DNA from: Laetmonice hystrix
Lineage: Eukaryota
NCBI GenBank assembly: GCA_965235115.1
Contig: OZ249447.1
Location: forward strand, 15,004,001-15,068,000
DNA length: 64,000 nucleotides
Reading direction: 5' to 3'
Both the position numbers and the translations under genes were made by a program. A model generated the notes under the pieces. That model had not been told where the DNA came from, did no database searches, and saw only the letters and a list, made by a program, of their open reading frames with translations. This document shows, piece by piece, positions 39,956 through 52,350 of this stretch; the first letter of the stretch is position 1, and every line of letters begins with the position of its first letter.

Positions 39956-41169
39956 GGGATACCCCAGGGGAGCGTTTTAGGACCTCTGCTGTATCTACTA
40001 TATGTCAATGATATCATGGACTGCGATACTGCATCAGATTTAAACATGTTTGCAGATGACACAGCGATGGTGGCCCATGGAAGGGACCTGGAAGAAGTCA
40101 CGGCACAGATCAAGGACGACATGACCAAGCTGACAGGATGGTTTAACGCTAACAAACTAACAGTAAATCTCAACAAAACAAAATGTATGTTTTTCAGCAA
40201 GAATGTTCACAAGGACCATGAACTACCTGGCATAGAAGCGAATGGTGTTCAACTAAACTTTGTACATCAATATTCATACCTGGGTGTAACTCTGGACGAC
40301 AAACTACAGTTCAATGAGCATATAAGGAATAGTATTAAGAAAGCAGGTAATAAGGTGTACATGTTAGCAAAGATAAGACAGTTCATCAACACCCAGACAG
40401 CTCTTACCGTATTTAAAGCTATGATACTGCCCTATATAGAGTATGGAAACATCTTTCACGGGACATGTAATGAGGCCTACCAACAGAAGCTACAAGTCAT
40501 TCAAAATAATGGTTTAAAAATAGCGCTGAAAAGGGACATTTTATACAGAACGGTCGACCTACACATAGAAGCTAAGATCATACCTTGTAAATACAGAAGA
40601 CTTGTGATGTTACAAAAACGTATAAAGAGGTCAAGGAGGGTCAGGCACCACTGAACCGCAGAAACATCAGAACAAGAACTCATGAGGCAGCAACACTTGT
40701 CGTGCCATTTCCTAAGTCAGAATTATTTAAGAAATCTAACGCATACAGTAAAACTGTAAATTGGAATGCTTTACCCCCTTATCTAAGAAACTTAGGTGAG
40801 TATAACCGGTTCAAGCAAGAGATAAAAAATTATTATACCAGTATGTTCCTAACAGATAACAATCGTGGCAAGAATTGCTAATAGGGAAATTCAGGCAGAG
40901 TATAAAATTAGTAACATTTAAGTCTATCACTGCGCAGTTGTTATTACCCGAAAATATTTATGTGTCAAGTTGTTCACACTCTGCATTATATGATTACGGC
41001 TTGCTTGGTGAATTACTAAAATAATACTATGACTGTATGTATATTATGTATATATGTCATGTCTGTAGATACTGTACATATTCAAAACAGGACCCCACAT
41101 TTGTTACGGCATCCAGCCGAGTGGGAACTCCTGGGTAAAGATGTCAATAAAAAAAAAAAAAAAAAAAAA
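39956..41169 (+). mobile_element. 5'-truncated non-LTR retrotransposon (CR1/L2/Jockey-like LINE): RT C-terminus, 3' UTR and polyA tail
   Basis: GIPQGSVLGPLLYLLYVND...MFADDT...YLGVTLDDKLQF; after a frameshift near 40620-40650 it continues ...FKKSNAYSKTVNWNALPPYLR...FKQEIK to stop 40879-40881; AATAAA merging into an A-run at 41146-41169. Confidence 0.9.
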
Positions 41170-41559
41170 GGCTGTAGGTTGAAGTGTTCAAAATAGCCAC
41201 CAGGTGGTGTCAACAGTATCTCAGGAGTAACACCAGGGGGCATTGTGGTATGCGTACTTTGACAGACTGCAGACTAGCGATGATTTCGCATACTATTATA
41301 AATCAATTCACACAAACGAAAACAGCACACCGGGGTTTCTTAAAGAATTATGAAAAAAAAAATCGATTAATAAATTATCCAGCTTAAAGATGTAAAAAAA
41401 TTAATACTAATGCAGCTGAACATAAATAACATGGCACAAACGTTGATAGCGACATATGTATGATCATCTAAAATATTATATTGATTGACAGGCATGGGGA
41501 GTATTAGACATCCAAACTCTTTCGTTACAATCTCTATTCTATAGAAATACACATGACCT

Positions 41560-41860
41560 TGCTTTTGAAGTGGGGTTCAAAAGGCTCCACACTCGAGACG
41601 CCCTCGTTTAAGTGGTACTCAACATACTTGTAACGGTAACACCTCATTCACATGCACCGTCCTATTCTAGGAGGAGCAAACTGGGACCTGAGAGTCACAC
41701 CTTCCTTTTGAAGTGGGCTTCAAACAGGTTGGCGAGTAAGCCGCCCTTCCTGAGGCCACAATAGGTCAAAGGGCCGAGGTGTGAACCGAGGGGCAGCTCA
41801 AAGATGGTCTCAGCCCCGGCACTCAGCCCCAGCCAAGGGGTGGGACGGTATATATACAGG
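41560..41860 (+). promoter_or_regulatory. Type-A promoter: T-box half-sites, TTTGAAG palindromes and TATA (mirrored at ~39230-39450 for copy A1)
   Basis: TAACACCT 41637, TCACACCT 41695, AGGTGTGA 41777, TTTTGAAGTGGGGTTCAAAA 41563-41582, CTTTTGAAGTGGGCTTCAAA ~41705, TATATATA 41849-41856; ATG at 41956. Confidence 0.6.
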
Positions 41861-41955
41861 CCCAGCTAGAGGAGTCAGCCAAACCTCATCCGAGACTCGA
41901 GCTATCAACATCTCCGGAATCAAGCGACTTATCAAGCTACTCGGCAACGTCCACC

Positions 41956-43015
41956 ATGACTTCTAAACGCCCTACTGCCCTGACCCTTGACCTCACGGTA
42001 GAAGATACTCATCTTCCTGACCCTATGACCTTGGTAAGCTATGGGGCTCGAATACTCCCTTCATGTCCTCATTGAGAGATTCAAGTGTAAGAGTTCAATA
42101 TATACTTGAAATCAGTCTGACGGATTGACCAAATTATTTCTCTTTATATTTGTGTTCATCGTGTTCTTCTGCTTGCAGTACCGCCCTCTGTCTCCACTGT
42201 CACCAAACGTCGTCCACACTGAGACCAGAAACCAGGATGTCTACAGTTACCAGATCCCTGACTCCGTCAACCCTGAGGTACAGCGAATCGCCGCCCACCC
42301 AATGTTCCCGGACCTACAGACTGCTATCCATAGCGAGTGTCACCAGGCGTCTCTACCGTTCACCTTGATGTCGACCCCGACCACCTTCCCAGAGTCCTTC
42401 CAGGTCCGTGCCGCCAGCCTACACAACAACTTCCTCCGTGCAGCATCAACCGTCGGCGACAGGTCACAACTGGATCAGCTTCGCAACTTCTACGACCACC
42501 AGACGTCGCTGATCGAGACGGACCGAAGCAAAAGCCTCCATCAGTCCGTCAGCACTCCGTGGTTGTCTCAGAATATCCATGGTTACTACGACCTCCTCCA
42601 GCACCACCTTGTCAGCCGTGTAGAGAGCAGCCTCCACCTATTCTCCTGCCACCAAAGACGCCCAGAGGAACGCAGCGGTGCCGACCTGGAGGACCTGACC
42701 CAGACCCTAACAGGAACACAGAAGGTCCTGGCCCGTAAGAGAAAGTCCGCCGCCCTCAACCCGACCGCCGTCAAGATCATGAACCTCTGGTACAAACGTA
42801 ACGAGGACCACCCGTACCCGAGCCCGTCCACGGCTGAAGTGATGGCCAAGGCAGGAGACATCACCTCGGAACAGGTCAAGAAGTGGTTCGCCAACAAGCG
42901 CAAGAGGATGGGCAACACCAAGGCCTTCAAGGAGATCACCGCCCAACGTCAGCGCCTAAGAACCGTGTCGTCCGAGTCAATCCTGCTTGCCGGCTCCAGG
43001 AAGTCCAGAGATTAG
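41956..43015 (+). CDS. Divergent PBX-like TALE homeobox gene, type A copy 2 (2 exons, 304 aa)
   Basis: Exon 1 41956-42033, intron 42034-42178 (GT-AG, phase 0), exon 2 42179-43015; near-identical inverted copy of A1; CCACCATG start context. Confidence 0.9.
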
Positions 43016-43244
43016 AGAGACCCTCATCATGAACTTTGTAACCACCGGTGCTGCTTGTGTGATCATGTATAGAAACTTGTATATACTATCTACATTATGT
43101 AAATACTACCAACGAATAAATTATTCTATTCCTCACATTTACTTCTTGTTATTACTCCCCTCCCCTGCACGTACCCACCGTAACTGTACTATATCGTCAT
43201 GCCAGAACCCCCAAGGTAAAAACCATAGAAAATTGATAGCAAAA

Positions 43245-43760
43245 AGGTCTCACAAACCAGTCGGGTGCGACTCTCTCTCTCTCTCTTTATCTATGTGATG
43301 TACCTCTCAGCATGAGAGGGGTTACCCTGCATGTTACCCTACATGCAGTAAGATGTTAACAACAACAAGTACGATCTGAGCCTCTCACTTTAAAGTAAGC
43401 TCCAACAGCCAGGAATGTATTACCGACTCTGTCCTGTGTGACTCTACCACCTAGTGAGGTGTTAGATTTCCTTTTGAAGTAGGGTCTCACAAAGCAGGAA
43501 GGTGTCACATTGTCCCTTTGAAGTTAGCTCTATCATCCAGTAAGGTGTTACCGCGTCACTTTATCATCCAGTAAGGTGTGAAGTTACCATTTGAAGTAGA
43601 GTCTCACCAACCGGTAAGGTGTGACTCAGTTCTTTTGATGTTACTGTTTTTCAAAGAACAATGTGTTACAAGCTCAGCGCTTTTATCTGAGATCAAACTG
43701 CAGCTCAAAGAGAGCCAATAAAATTATGCGTTGTTACGCCAGTATCAGTATAAATAGAGG
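43245..43760 (+). promoter_or_regulatory. Type-B promoter/enhancer of B1 (AGGTGTNA and TTTGAAGT motif array, CCAAT, TATAAATA 43749-43756)
   Basis: Repeated motifs read directly; this is a diverged version of the B2-B5 promoters. Confidence 0.65.
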
Positions 43761-43844
43761 CTCTCATTGGGTGAGCAGGTCATACCATCCTTACTGCTCA
43801 CCGTGACCACATCAAGCTCTCATCCACAAAACGACACCGTTAAG

Positions 43845-44657
43845 ATGGCGACCACTGAGCTGACTTTCCACGACCTTCTCGACATGCTGCCCTTACCCTG
43901 CAGTAGTCCATGCCCTCAGCCTCCAGACAGTCCCCTGTCTCAGCACCAGCACACCGACGCTAACCCGACCTTCCACGATCTACAGACTGCCATCCACAGT
44001 GCCTGCCAACAGACGTCTCTCCCGTTCACCCTGATGTCCACCCCGGCCACCTTCCCAGTGCCCTTCCAGATCCGAGCCGCCAGCCTTCAGACCAGGTTCA
44101 CTACGGAACTCACAGTCACTGACAGTCCAGAGCTGGGCCAGCTTCGTGTCTTCTACGACCAGCAGGTGTCCCACATCGAGATGGAGCGCAACCACAGTCT
44201 ACAGCTGTCCGCCAAGTTACCATGGTTGTTCTTCACCATCAACAGTTACTACGACAACCTCCAGCATCAGCTTGTCAGCCGCGTCGAGAGCAGCCTCAAC
44301 TTCCTCTTTTCCTACCGCCAGCAGCCATACCAACCCAAGGCCAGCCAACATGTCTCTACACCTTGCAAGCAAAAGGTTCCGGTCAGGAAGCCCAAGTCCC
44401 CTTCCCTCAACCCGACTGCGGTCAAGATCATGAGCCTGTGGTACAAACGTAACCAAGCCCACCCGTACCCATCCCAGTCGGCAACTGAAGTGATGGCCAA
44501 GACAGGAGGGATCCGAGCTGAGCAGGTCAGGAAATGGTTCGCCAACAAGCGCAAGAGATCTGGATACACCAAGAAGTTCGACGTCTCCGGCAAGCCCCGC
44601 TGCAGCACAACTGTACCGAGTGATCATCTACTGCTCACCACAGCCACCCGGGAGTGA
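43845..44657 (+). CDS. Divergent PBX-like TALE homeobox gene, type B copy 1 (intronless, 270 aa)
   Basis: AAGATGG start 96 nt after TATA; homeodomain RKPKSPSLNPTAVKIMSLWYKRNQAHPYPSQSATEVMAKTGGIRAEQVRKWFANKRKR; AATAAA at 44812. Confidence 0.9.
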   Translation: MATTELTFHDLLDMLPLPCSSPCPQPPDSPLSQHQHTDANPTFHDLQTAIHSACQQTSLPFTLMSTPATFPVPFQIRAASLQTRFTTELTVTDSPELGQLRVFYDQQVSHIEMERNHSLQLSAKLPWLFFTINSYYDNLQHQLVSRVESSLNFLFSYRQQPYQPKASQHVSTPCKQKVPVRKPKSPSLNPTAVKIMSLWYKRNQAHPYPSQSATEVMAKTGGIRAEQVRKWFANKRKRSGYTKKFDVSGKPRCSTTVPSDHLLLTTATRE

Positions 44658-45654
44658 ACACGTCTGCTTTATGGGCATGAACTGGCGATTGCTGTAATTT
44701 ACCATGACTGTCTATAATGTGTAAAAATGTGTAATTTACATGTATTATATGTATTATATCTTGTACATGTATCACCAAGGTGCAATATCAGATGTATATA
44801 CTGTACATAGCAATAAAATAAAAATCCATTCTAATTTACATCCTCTGGTCGATCTGTTCCTGTATATTTTCAATTTTCATTTCGTTGTTTTTCCTCGACA
44901 ACCTATCATTCGTTATTTAAAATTTACAATCTCAAAAAATCCTTTCAAGTCATATATTACTCGTCAATCACGATTTATATTCAGATTGCTCGTAATCTTC
45001 CTGAAGGCGAAAAGGAGTTCTTCGTAGCGCCATCTGTTGGTTACAGATTTTCAAACTTTGAGCAGAATAGAGGCACGTTCAAAGCGCCACCTAGTGAAAT
45101 CATTCCAAGACCAACTCAATAATTTTTATGGTTTCAGCGGGTCAAAAATCAACTTTTAATTTTCCTTTGAAATTTTTCTATTACTCTTTTCACCAAGGTC
45201 CAAGAGAGTTATAATATATTAATATACACGTATTTCTTGTCCCAGTTACCCACGATGCTATCTCAGCTATATATGTGTATAACGTACGTTTCATGTTTTT
45301 TATCATAATAAATACTGGTCATATCCCAAAGAAGTCTCCCGAGTTGGTCCTCTGACAAAGTGTCTCTTCGTCTTGAACTCGTCCCCTGGTCAAGTCAGCA
45401 GCACCGAATCCTATTCTCGGTTGGTTACGGACAACATATTCTTCATGTGCAGTTATCAGTGCCCTTCTGGGGGTTCTTGAAGATAATGTATTAACACCAC
45501 CTGGTGACTACTTTGAACACTTCATTCTCCCGTCTTCCCCCTTTCCGACCGCATGCTGTGTTGACAAATGACCAATTTTTTCCATCGAATAGAAATCCCT
45601 TAGAAGTTTTCTCTATCAACACTGCCCTGTAACACTCTGCCACGAAACAACGTG

Positions 45655-46215
45655 TTAAGTTTCCTTTTGTTGTAGGCTCTCACAAACCAATCGGGTGCGA
45701 CTCTCTCTCTCTCTGTGATGTACCTCTCAGCATGAGAGGTGTTACCGACTCTGTCTTAATGACTCTTATAATGTAGTACGGTGTTAATGTACCTTTTGAA
45801 GTAAGACCTCAACAACAAGTAAGATCTGAGCCTCTCACTTTGAAGTCAGGCTCTAATAGCCAGGAATGTGTGACCGACTCTGTCCTGTGTGACTCTACCT
45901 CCTAGTAGGTGTTAGATTTCCTTTTGAAGTAGGGTCTCACAAAGCAGGAAGGTGTCACATTGTCCCTTTGAAGTTAGCTCTATCATCCAGTAAGGTGTTA
46001 CCGCGTCACTTTATTATCCAGTAAGGTGTCAAGTTACCATTTGAAGTAGAGTCTCACCAACCGGTAAGGTGTGACTCAGTTCTTTTGATGTTACTGTTTT
46101 TCAAAGAACAATGTGTTACAAGCTTAGCGCTTTTATCTGAGATCAAAGTGCAGCTCAAAGAGAGCCAATCAAGGTATGCCTTGCGCACCTCCCGCCAGTA
46201 TCAGTATAAATAGAG
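45655..46215 (+). promoter_or_regulatory. Type-B promoter, short form (B2)
   Basis: Same motif array; TATAAATA 46205-46212. Confidence 0.65.
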
Positions 46216-48880
46216 GCCCTCATTCAGCGAGCAGGTCATACCATCCTTACTGCTCACCGTGACCACATCAAGCTCTCATCCACAAAACGACACCGTGAAG
46301 ATGGCGACCACTGAGCTGACTTTCCACGACTTTCTCGACATGCTGCCCTAACCCTGCAGTAGTCCATGCCCTCAGCCTCCAGACAGTCCCCTGTCTCAGC
46401 ACCAGCACACCGACGCTAACCCGACCTTCCACGATCTACAGACTGCCGTCAACAGTGCCTGCCAACAGACGTCTCTCCCGTTCCCATTGATGTCCACCCC
46501 AGCCACCTTCCCAGTGCCCTTCCAGATCCGAGCCGCCAGCCTTCAGACCAGGTTCACTACGGCACTCACAGTCACTGACAGTCCAGAGCTGGGCCAGCTT
46601 CGTGTCTTCTACGACCAGCAGGTGTCCCACATCGAGATGGAGCGCAACCACAGTCTACAGCTGTCCGCCAAGTTACCATGGTTGTTCTTCACCATCAACA
46701 GTTACTACGACAACCTCCAGCATCAGCTTGTCAGCCGCGTCGAGAGCAGCCTCAACCTCCTCTTCTCCTACCGCCAGCAGTCCGACCAACCCAAGGCCAG
46801 CCAACATGTCTCTACACCTTGCAAGCACAAGGTCCCGGTCAGGAAGCCCAAGTCTCCTTCCCTCAACCCGACTGCTGTCAAGATCATGAGCCTGTGGTAC
46901 AAGCGTAACCATAACAGTTTCGGAGGAAACTGATTGTTAATAAATACGCGATACTTACCTCATAACATATAAGAGACTTACAGTTTCTCGATTCCCAATG
47001 GTCAAAAAATTTAATAAAAGTGTTCTAAGTGAAACAAGAATGAGTTCCACCAGAACTCCTGTCTATCTAACATATTCGGTGTATGGCTCCCTCTAGCGGA
47101 GATCCGCTGGATCGTGCGCCCCCTAGTGTCCATGTGACCTAGTAGTCAGATTTAAATGACCACTAAGCGGGGAGGCGGGAAGGGCCTTTAATGTTATGAG
47201 GTAAGTATCGCGTATTTATTAACAATCAGTTTCCTCCGAAACTGTTATGGTTAATTACATACGCTTCTACTTACCTCATAACATATGAGAGCGAGTGCTA
47301 AGCATAGGAGGTGGGAAGACAGAAATATTCACTCCACAGCCATACCCATTGAGGCGTAGGCCCATGCACTTGTTTTCACCTGGGAACGTTTATAGCGTTA
47401 AATCCTGAAAACTGCTATACGTGTGTAGGGAAGGTAATACCTGCTCCTTGTGAGGGAACCAAGGGCCGGAAGACTGAACAGATAACATCTGCCCCCCCCC
47501 CTTCTTTTTGTCCCACGCTCTCCATCATGCAGTGACGTGGACAAACAACGGCCTGGACCACTATGAGGTGGCCCAGACTAAAAGGGCGTCCTCCTGACCA
47601 CCAGGTTCACGCAATAAGACTGTAAAGGTGGTGTCTGATAGCCAAAAGGCAGCCTCGAGGAATTCGGCGAAGGTTACTCCATTAATAGGAGCCAAGGACG
47701 CAGAAATCGCCCGCACCTCAAGAACCTTAACACGATGAAACTGTAAAGACTTGGACAAGGCCGCGTCTGCCCGAGTCAAGGCTATAAGCTAAAGCCTTCC
47801 ACCTTCCACAATTGTAGCGGGCGTGATGTCGAGGGGTACGCACTCACCAAAGACACGACACCCCCTCTAACAGGCAGCTCTACAGGCGCTCCTCATCATC
47901 CGGCCTGAGCTCGGAGCTCAGAGCCAGGGTCGGGTTGTTAGCCACAGATTGTGGTAACAAAGGTCACAATGGAGGAACAGGGGCCAAAACGCGCTCCCCC
48001 GAAGGCAGTAAATTCCGACCACCTCAGCCCTGAGGTTAATGCTACAGGAACATGGTCTTTCAAGTACAACTTGGTGTACGGAAGACATAAGATAAATAAG
48101 GGGGGACGCAACAATGCGTTCAGTACCACCGACCAACTCCAGTAAGGGGCCTTCCTCGGCTTTACGGGCTCAAGAAATATCAAATTGCGTAATAGCGCAC
48201 TGAGTTCCCGTCAAGAGCTAAAGGAACCTCCGCCTGGTGCTGATGCATTTGCTGCAATCACTGATCTGATTCCTCGCACGGCGGAGACCGACAACCCCCG
48301 AAGAAACCTGTCAAGCAGACAATCGGCTACTGACAGGGGGCGGTGAGATCAAAGTCATATGTTCCCCTGCCCATTCAATAAGGAAGGCCCGCTGTCTCGA
48401 TACGCAGCTTGCGAGGAGGGCCTATGTTTCTCGGCCATGCTCTGGGCCGCTTGTCCCGAGAATCCACGCTTCTCACCTCTGTTCCTGACAAGCAGAGGGG
48501 TGTAAATCGAAAATCTTCGGAGCTGAATGCCACTTCCCTCTCTAAAACAACAGATCGGGGTCATAAGGCAGGGATCGAGCCCAATCCCGCAACAATTCTG
48601 ATATCTCTGTGAAACAAGGCCAACCCGGCCCATATTATGACTGGCCCAGACAGGCGCGTTTCGCGGCGCGTTCGAGACGCGTCGGCCATTTTCATGCACG
48701 CCTCTTGACGCACGCACGCACGCACGCCCCTGTGTGTCCCCGGCTTTAAACTTGCCCTGCACATGAAATGACGCACAACGTCACTCGGTGCTGGCGACAC
48801 CACCAGAGGATGTCCCCGGTTATCCGGAATAGTAGCAGTGACCGAGTGTCCCTTTGATTTAACAGATAGGTCACTGCCAT

Positions 48881-49043
48881 CCCAACTAACACACAACCTT
48901 TTCACAACGTTGAATAAAGTTGTAGTTTGGTCACTTCACAACGTTGTGTCTAACGAAACTACAACGTTGTGGCAACATAGAAGACCAAACAAATTTACGT
49001 AGCGTTATGGGAACGTTGTAGCAACGTAATATTGCTAGCGGGG
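48881..49043. mobile_element. Small CACTA/EnSpm-like MITE nested in the DIRS element
   Basis: Imperfect termini CCCAACTAACA / TGCTAGCGGGG, AT on both flanks, internal CAACGTTG repeats. Confidence 0.45.
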
Positions 49044-51958
49044 ATCGTACTGTCGGGGTGGATCAGGACTACTGATCGCGTCGGTAGCCAGGCGAAGTGA
49101 TGAAGAGCCTAGGAAAATTGCCTTTAATTCTAGACCATATATGTGTCCGTGTCACACCCCGCTCCAACTATTTAGGAAATAGCTCACAAACCTCCCTGAG
49201 ATATCTGTGGAGAAGGGAAACATCCGGGGTTAGATATTCCAAAGTACACCCCTCTGAAAAGTCTGTGGATCGATCCACCACTGGAGGAACTGCGCCAGAG
49301 ACCGAGGAAGGAGAACCCTGCACCCGCAGAGGAAATCCCTGCTCGAGCGCCACGCACTCAACAACGCAAACTGCATCAGTCACCCATGCAGTTTGCCAAG
49401 CGGTCCTGAGTTCAAAAAAGAAACTCCGATAAACTGCAGACATAGCTTGTCGGTGCAACTTCCAGGCCTATACACTTCACCAGGTTTATCCTCCATCCCA
49501 GGGGAGGTAAAACTGAGAGCAACTGGGTGGCCTGAACGGGCCACACCATGTAAGGATGAAGCTCCATCCCTTCCGACCTGTCCAGCTTCCCAACTGTGTT
49601 GCCAGCTAGGTAAACTCGGACCGAACGGCAGAACTACCAACTGGAAACATGGACTGTCGTTGGAACACTGAGAAACTTCTAGTGCAAGAAAGTGTCCTCG
49701 ATGTCTATCGTGTCTATCGTATCTACCTATAGACACTGAGACACCCCACGTTTCTAGAGAACCCCTACGGGTTGAAGGAAAATAATTCCCGGGGCGGACT
49801 CACTACCGACCCCAAAGTGACGACTGCACCTTTCTCTCGAAGTTTCCTGATCTCTCCTATTCTTTAGCTAGAACTTAAGGAAACAGAAAGGGAGGGCCCT
49901 GCGAGAGTGAGCCGATGAACGGGCCATACCTGGCGGGCTCGACAAACTCCAGACGCAATCACTCCCTGAGAACAGACAGGGTCCACGGAATCGGGTAATG
50001 ATGAAGCAAGCTCACCGCTTGTGTGTGCCTCGTTGTAAGCGAACGCTTAATTCCGAACCAAAATGTCCAGATCCAACTCAGGCTTATATCGCTAGACGGC
50101 TATGCAAAACTAAGGACTTAGAGTCGAACCCCGGCGAAACAGGATAGAGTAGATAGGAATTAAAAACCAAACTCTATGCCGAGTGACGTATAAGGCCAGG
50201 GCCGCCCTAGTCCTATCGCCGAAAGATATAGCCTCCGGCGACTATAACCAAGGTCGGCCTAGATGGCCGCCGCCGTGACTAGGCGAACACGGTTTGCCTG
50301 AGCAAAGAAAGGGCACTTTGGAACTGAAAAGGTCGAAGGCTCCTTCAGTCCAAGAGAAAGGTCCCTTGGGTCCAACCTAGAACCCCCTACCAGGAAGGTC
50401 CGAATGCAGAGTACATTCCGCCATAAAAAACGGATTAACGGGGGTTGATCTCCCCTAACGTCCGACCGAAGTAGGGTACAAGGGGAAGGGATCCGTGAAA
50501 AGATCCATAGTTGGACAAACTGAGCGTAGATCCTCTACACCCCCCGAAACTCTGCCCGTAACCGTCTAGATATTGGCAACCAATCCATGCCAAATCGCCA
50601 CAAATAACAGACCATATAGGACTCTACTTAATCCGATGTGATTAACTCAAAAAGAATTTTTGAGTCACCATGTTTTTCCTTTGTCTCTCAATTTAAAAAC
50701 TGTATCAACATGCAGTTTTCCAGATAGTCTGATCTTTACCACCGTTTCCATAGACTACTCACAGCAATAGATGGCGCTACAAGGACTCTACCTCGTGCCA
50801 TCATGGTCCCCAAGCCAGTTTAAATAACTTCATATGTGTCAGGCGGGGGACAAAGAGAACAGGAAATTTTAGGATTTTCCAAAAAAGCCGATTTAAAGAT
50901 TTTCAAGGCTTACTTGACTTCAAGGTGCTGCGGAGACCCTGCAAGCATACAAGAGAGAGGCCGCCTCTAGCCTACTGACTCCCCCGATCCGCGAGGGAGG
51001 CGCGATTACGCTGCCTGGCCGACAGAGCACTCCTGGATCGGTCGCGTAAGCCTAGGCCATAGGCCTATACTGATCGACATCTCTCATGGTCCCAAGATCT
51101 AGACCAGACCATGGTAACGACGCTGTCCTATGAAAACCCCAAAGTCTAGTGCGACGGCCAACTTGACCCGGGCAACGATCCTGAGATCGACGACCAGCGT
51201 GAAAGAGACGTTCCTAGGTACAGACGATCACGAACGCTCCCGATCTCGGTCTGGATGCCGCCTCTGGGATTAAATATATATAATATCGCCTGCACAATAT
51301 CGTCTCAATGGTCTAGATGCGAGAGATATCTTCCTGGCATGTAGATCTCTAGCCAAGGCATCGATCTCGAACTCGATCTTGATCTAGTCATTACGGGGAG
51401 ATCGATCAACAAACAAAATCGTCTATGCGATCTTGTCTCTTAATGCACTTAGTGCGAGAGAACTCTTTCCTCGCATGTATCCTAGGCCTAGATCTCTAGC
51501 TCCAGGCACCGATCCTGATCCTTATCCCGATCCTGATCTGGATTCCGATCCTAACTGGATCCCGATCTCATCGATCTCGAGCTCGACGGACCTGCCAAAT
51601 CTTGTGCCTATCAAGCGGGGAAATCTTCCACTTGATGCCATCTCCAGCGGGAGATAAACTGTATCCCTAATTCATGACGGGTGCAAATAACCCCAAAATT
51701 CGGGAGTTCTCCCGCCTAAGCAGGAGTAACGATCTCGACCTCGAGCCAGGAACGAACTGGAGTAAGGCTCGGTGCCTGATCTTGATCAGATCGGATCAGA
51801 TCGGGGGATCGAACCGCAGATCATCAATTGATCGACTGCCCGACATCGTCTTAGTGAGCCTATACGAGAGATCTCAATCCTCGCATGCCCGAGGCACCGA
51901 GGCCCAAAGGCACATATGCCCGATCTCAGGAAGAATCCCCGATTGTCTACGCGCGTCT

Positions 51959-52350
51959 GCGCGGCTGGCCCGGGTGGTCTCCTCGAGGAGACCACCGGAC
52001 GCAGACGAGGGGGAGAACGGTCGCTCGAGCTCTGGCTCGAGGCGAACGCGAGTCTCCCCTCGCGTCAAGAGATCGATCCCGAGCCGACTCGCGCGGCTGG
52101 CCCGGGTGGCCTCCTCGAGGAGACCACCGGACGCAGACGAGGGGGAGAACGGTTGCTCGAGCTCTGGCTCGAGGCGAACGCGAGTCTCCCCTCGCGTCAA
52201 GAGATGGATCTAGGGCTCGCGCGGCTCGCGCGGCTGGCCCGGGTGGCCTCCTCGAGGAGACCCCCGGACGCAGACGAGGGGGAGAACGGTCGCTCGAGCT
52301 CTGGCTCGAGGCGAACTCGAGTCTCCCCTCGCGTCAAGAGATCGATCCAG
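51959..52350. repeat. Three ~132-137-bp tandem repeats in the DIRS gag-like region
   Basis: Units start at 51959, 52091 and 52228 (GCGCGGCTGGCCCGGGTGG...GCGTCAAGAGAT). Confidence 0.9.

Noticed and set aside
44740-45027. Repeated ~95-aa ORF MYYMYYILY... after each B gene
   Set aside because: It covers the 3' UTR, polyA signal and AT-rich spacer, has no recognisable domain, and its length and indels differ among copies.
45330-45650. GC-richer, coding-looking spacer segment considered as a duplicated host exon on the minus strand
   Set aside because: All three minus frames contain stops and I could not find convincing phase-compatible splice sites; more likely a TE remnant. A tBLASTn with host orthologues would settle it.
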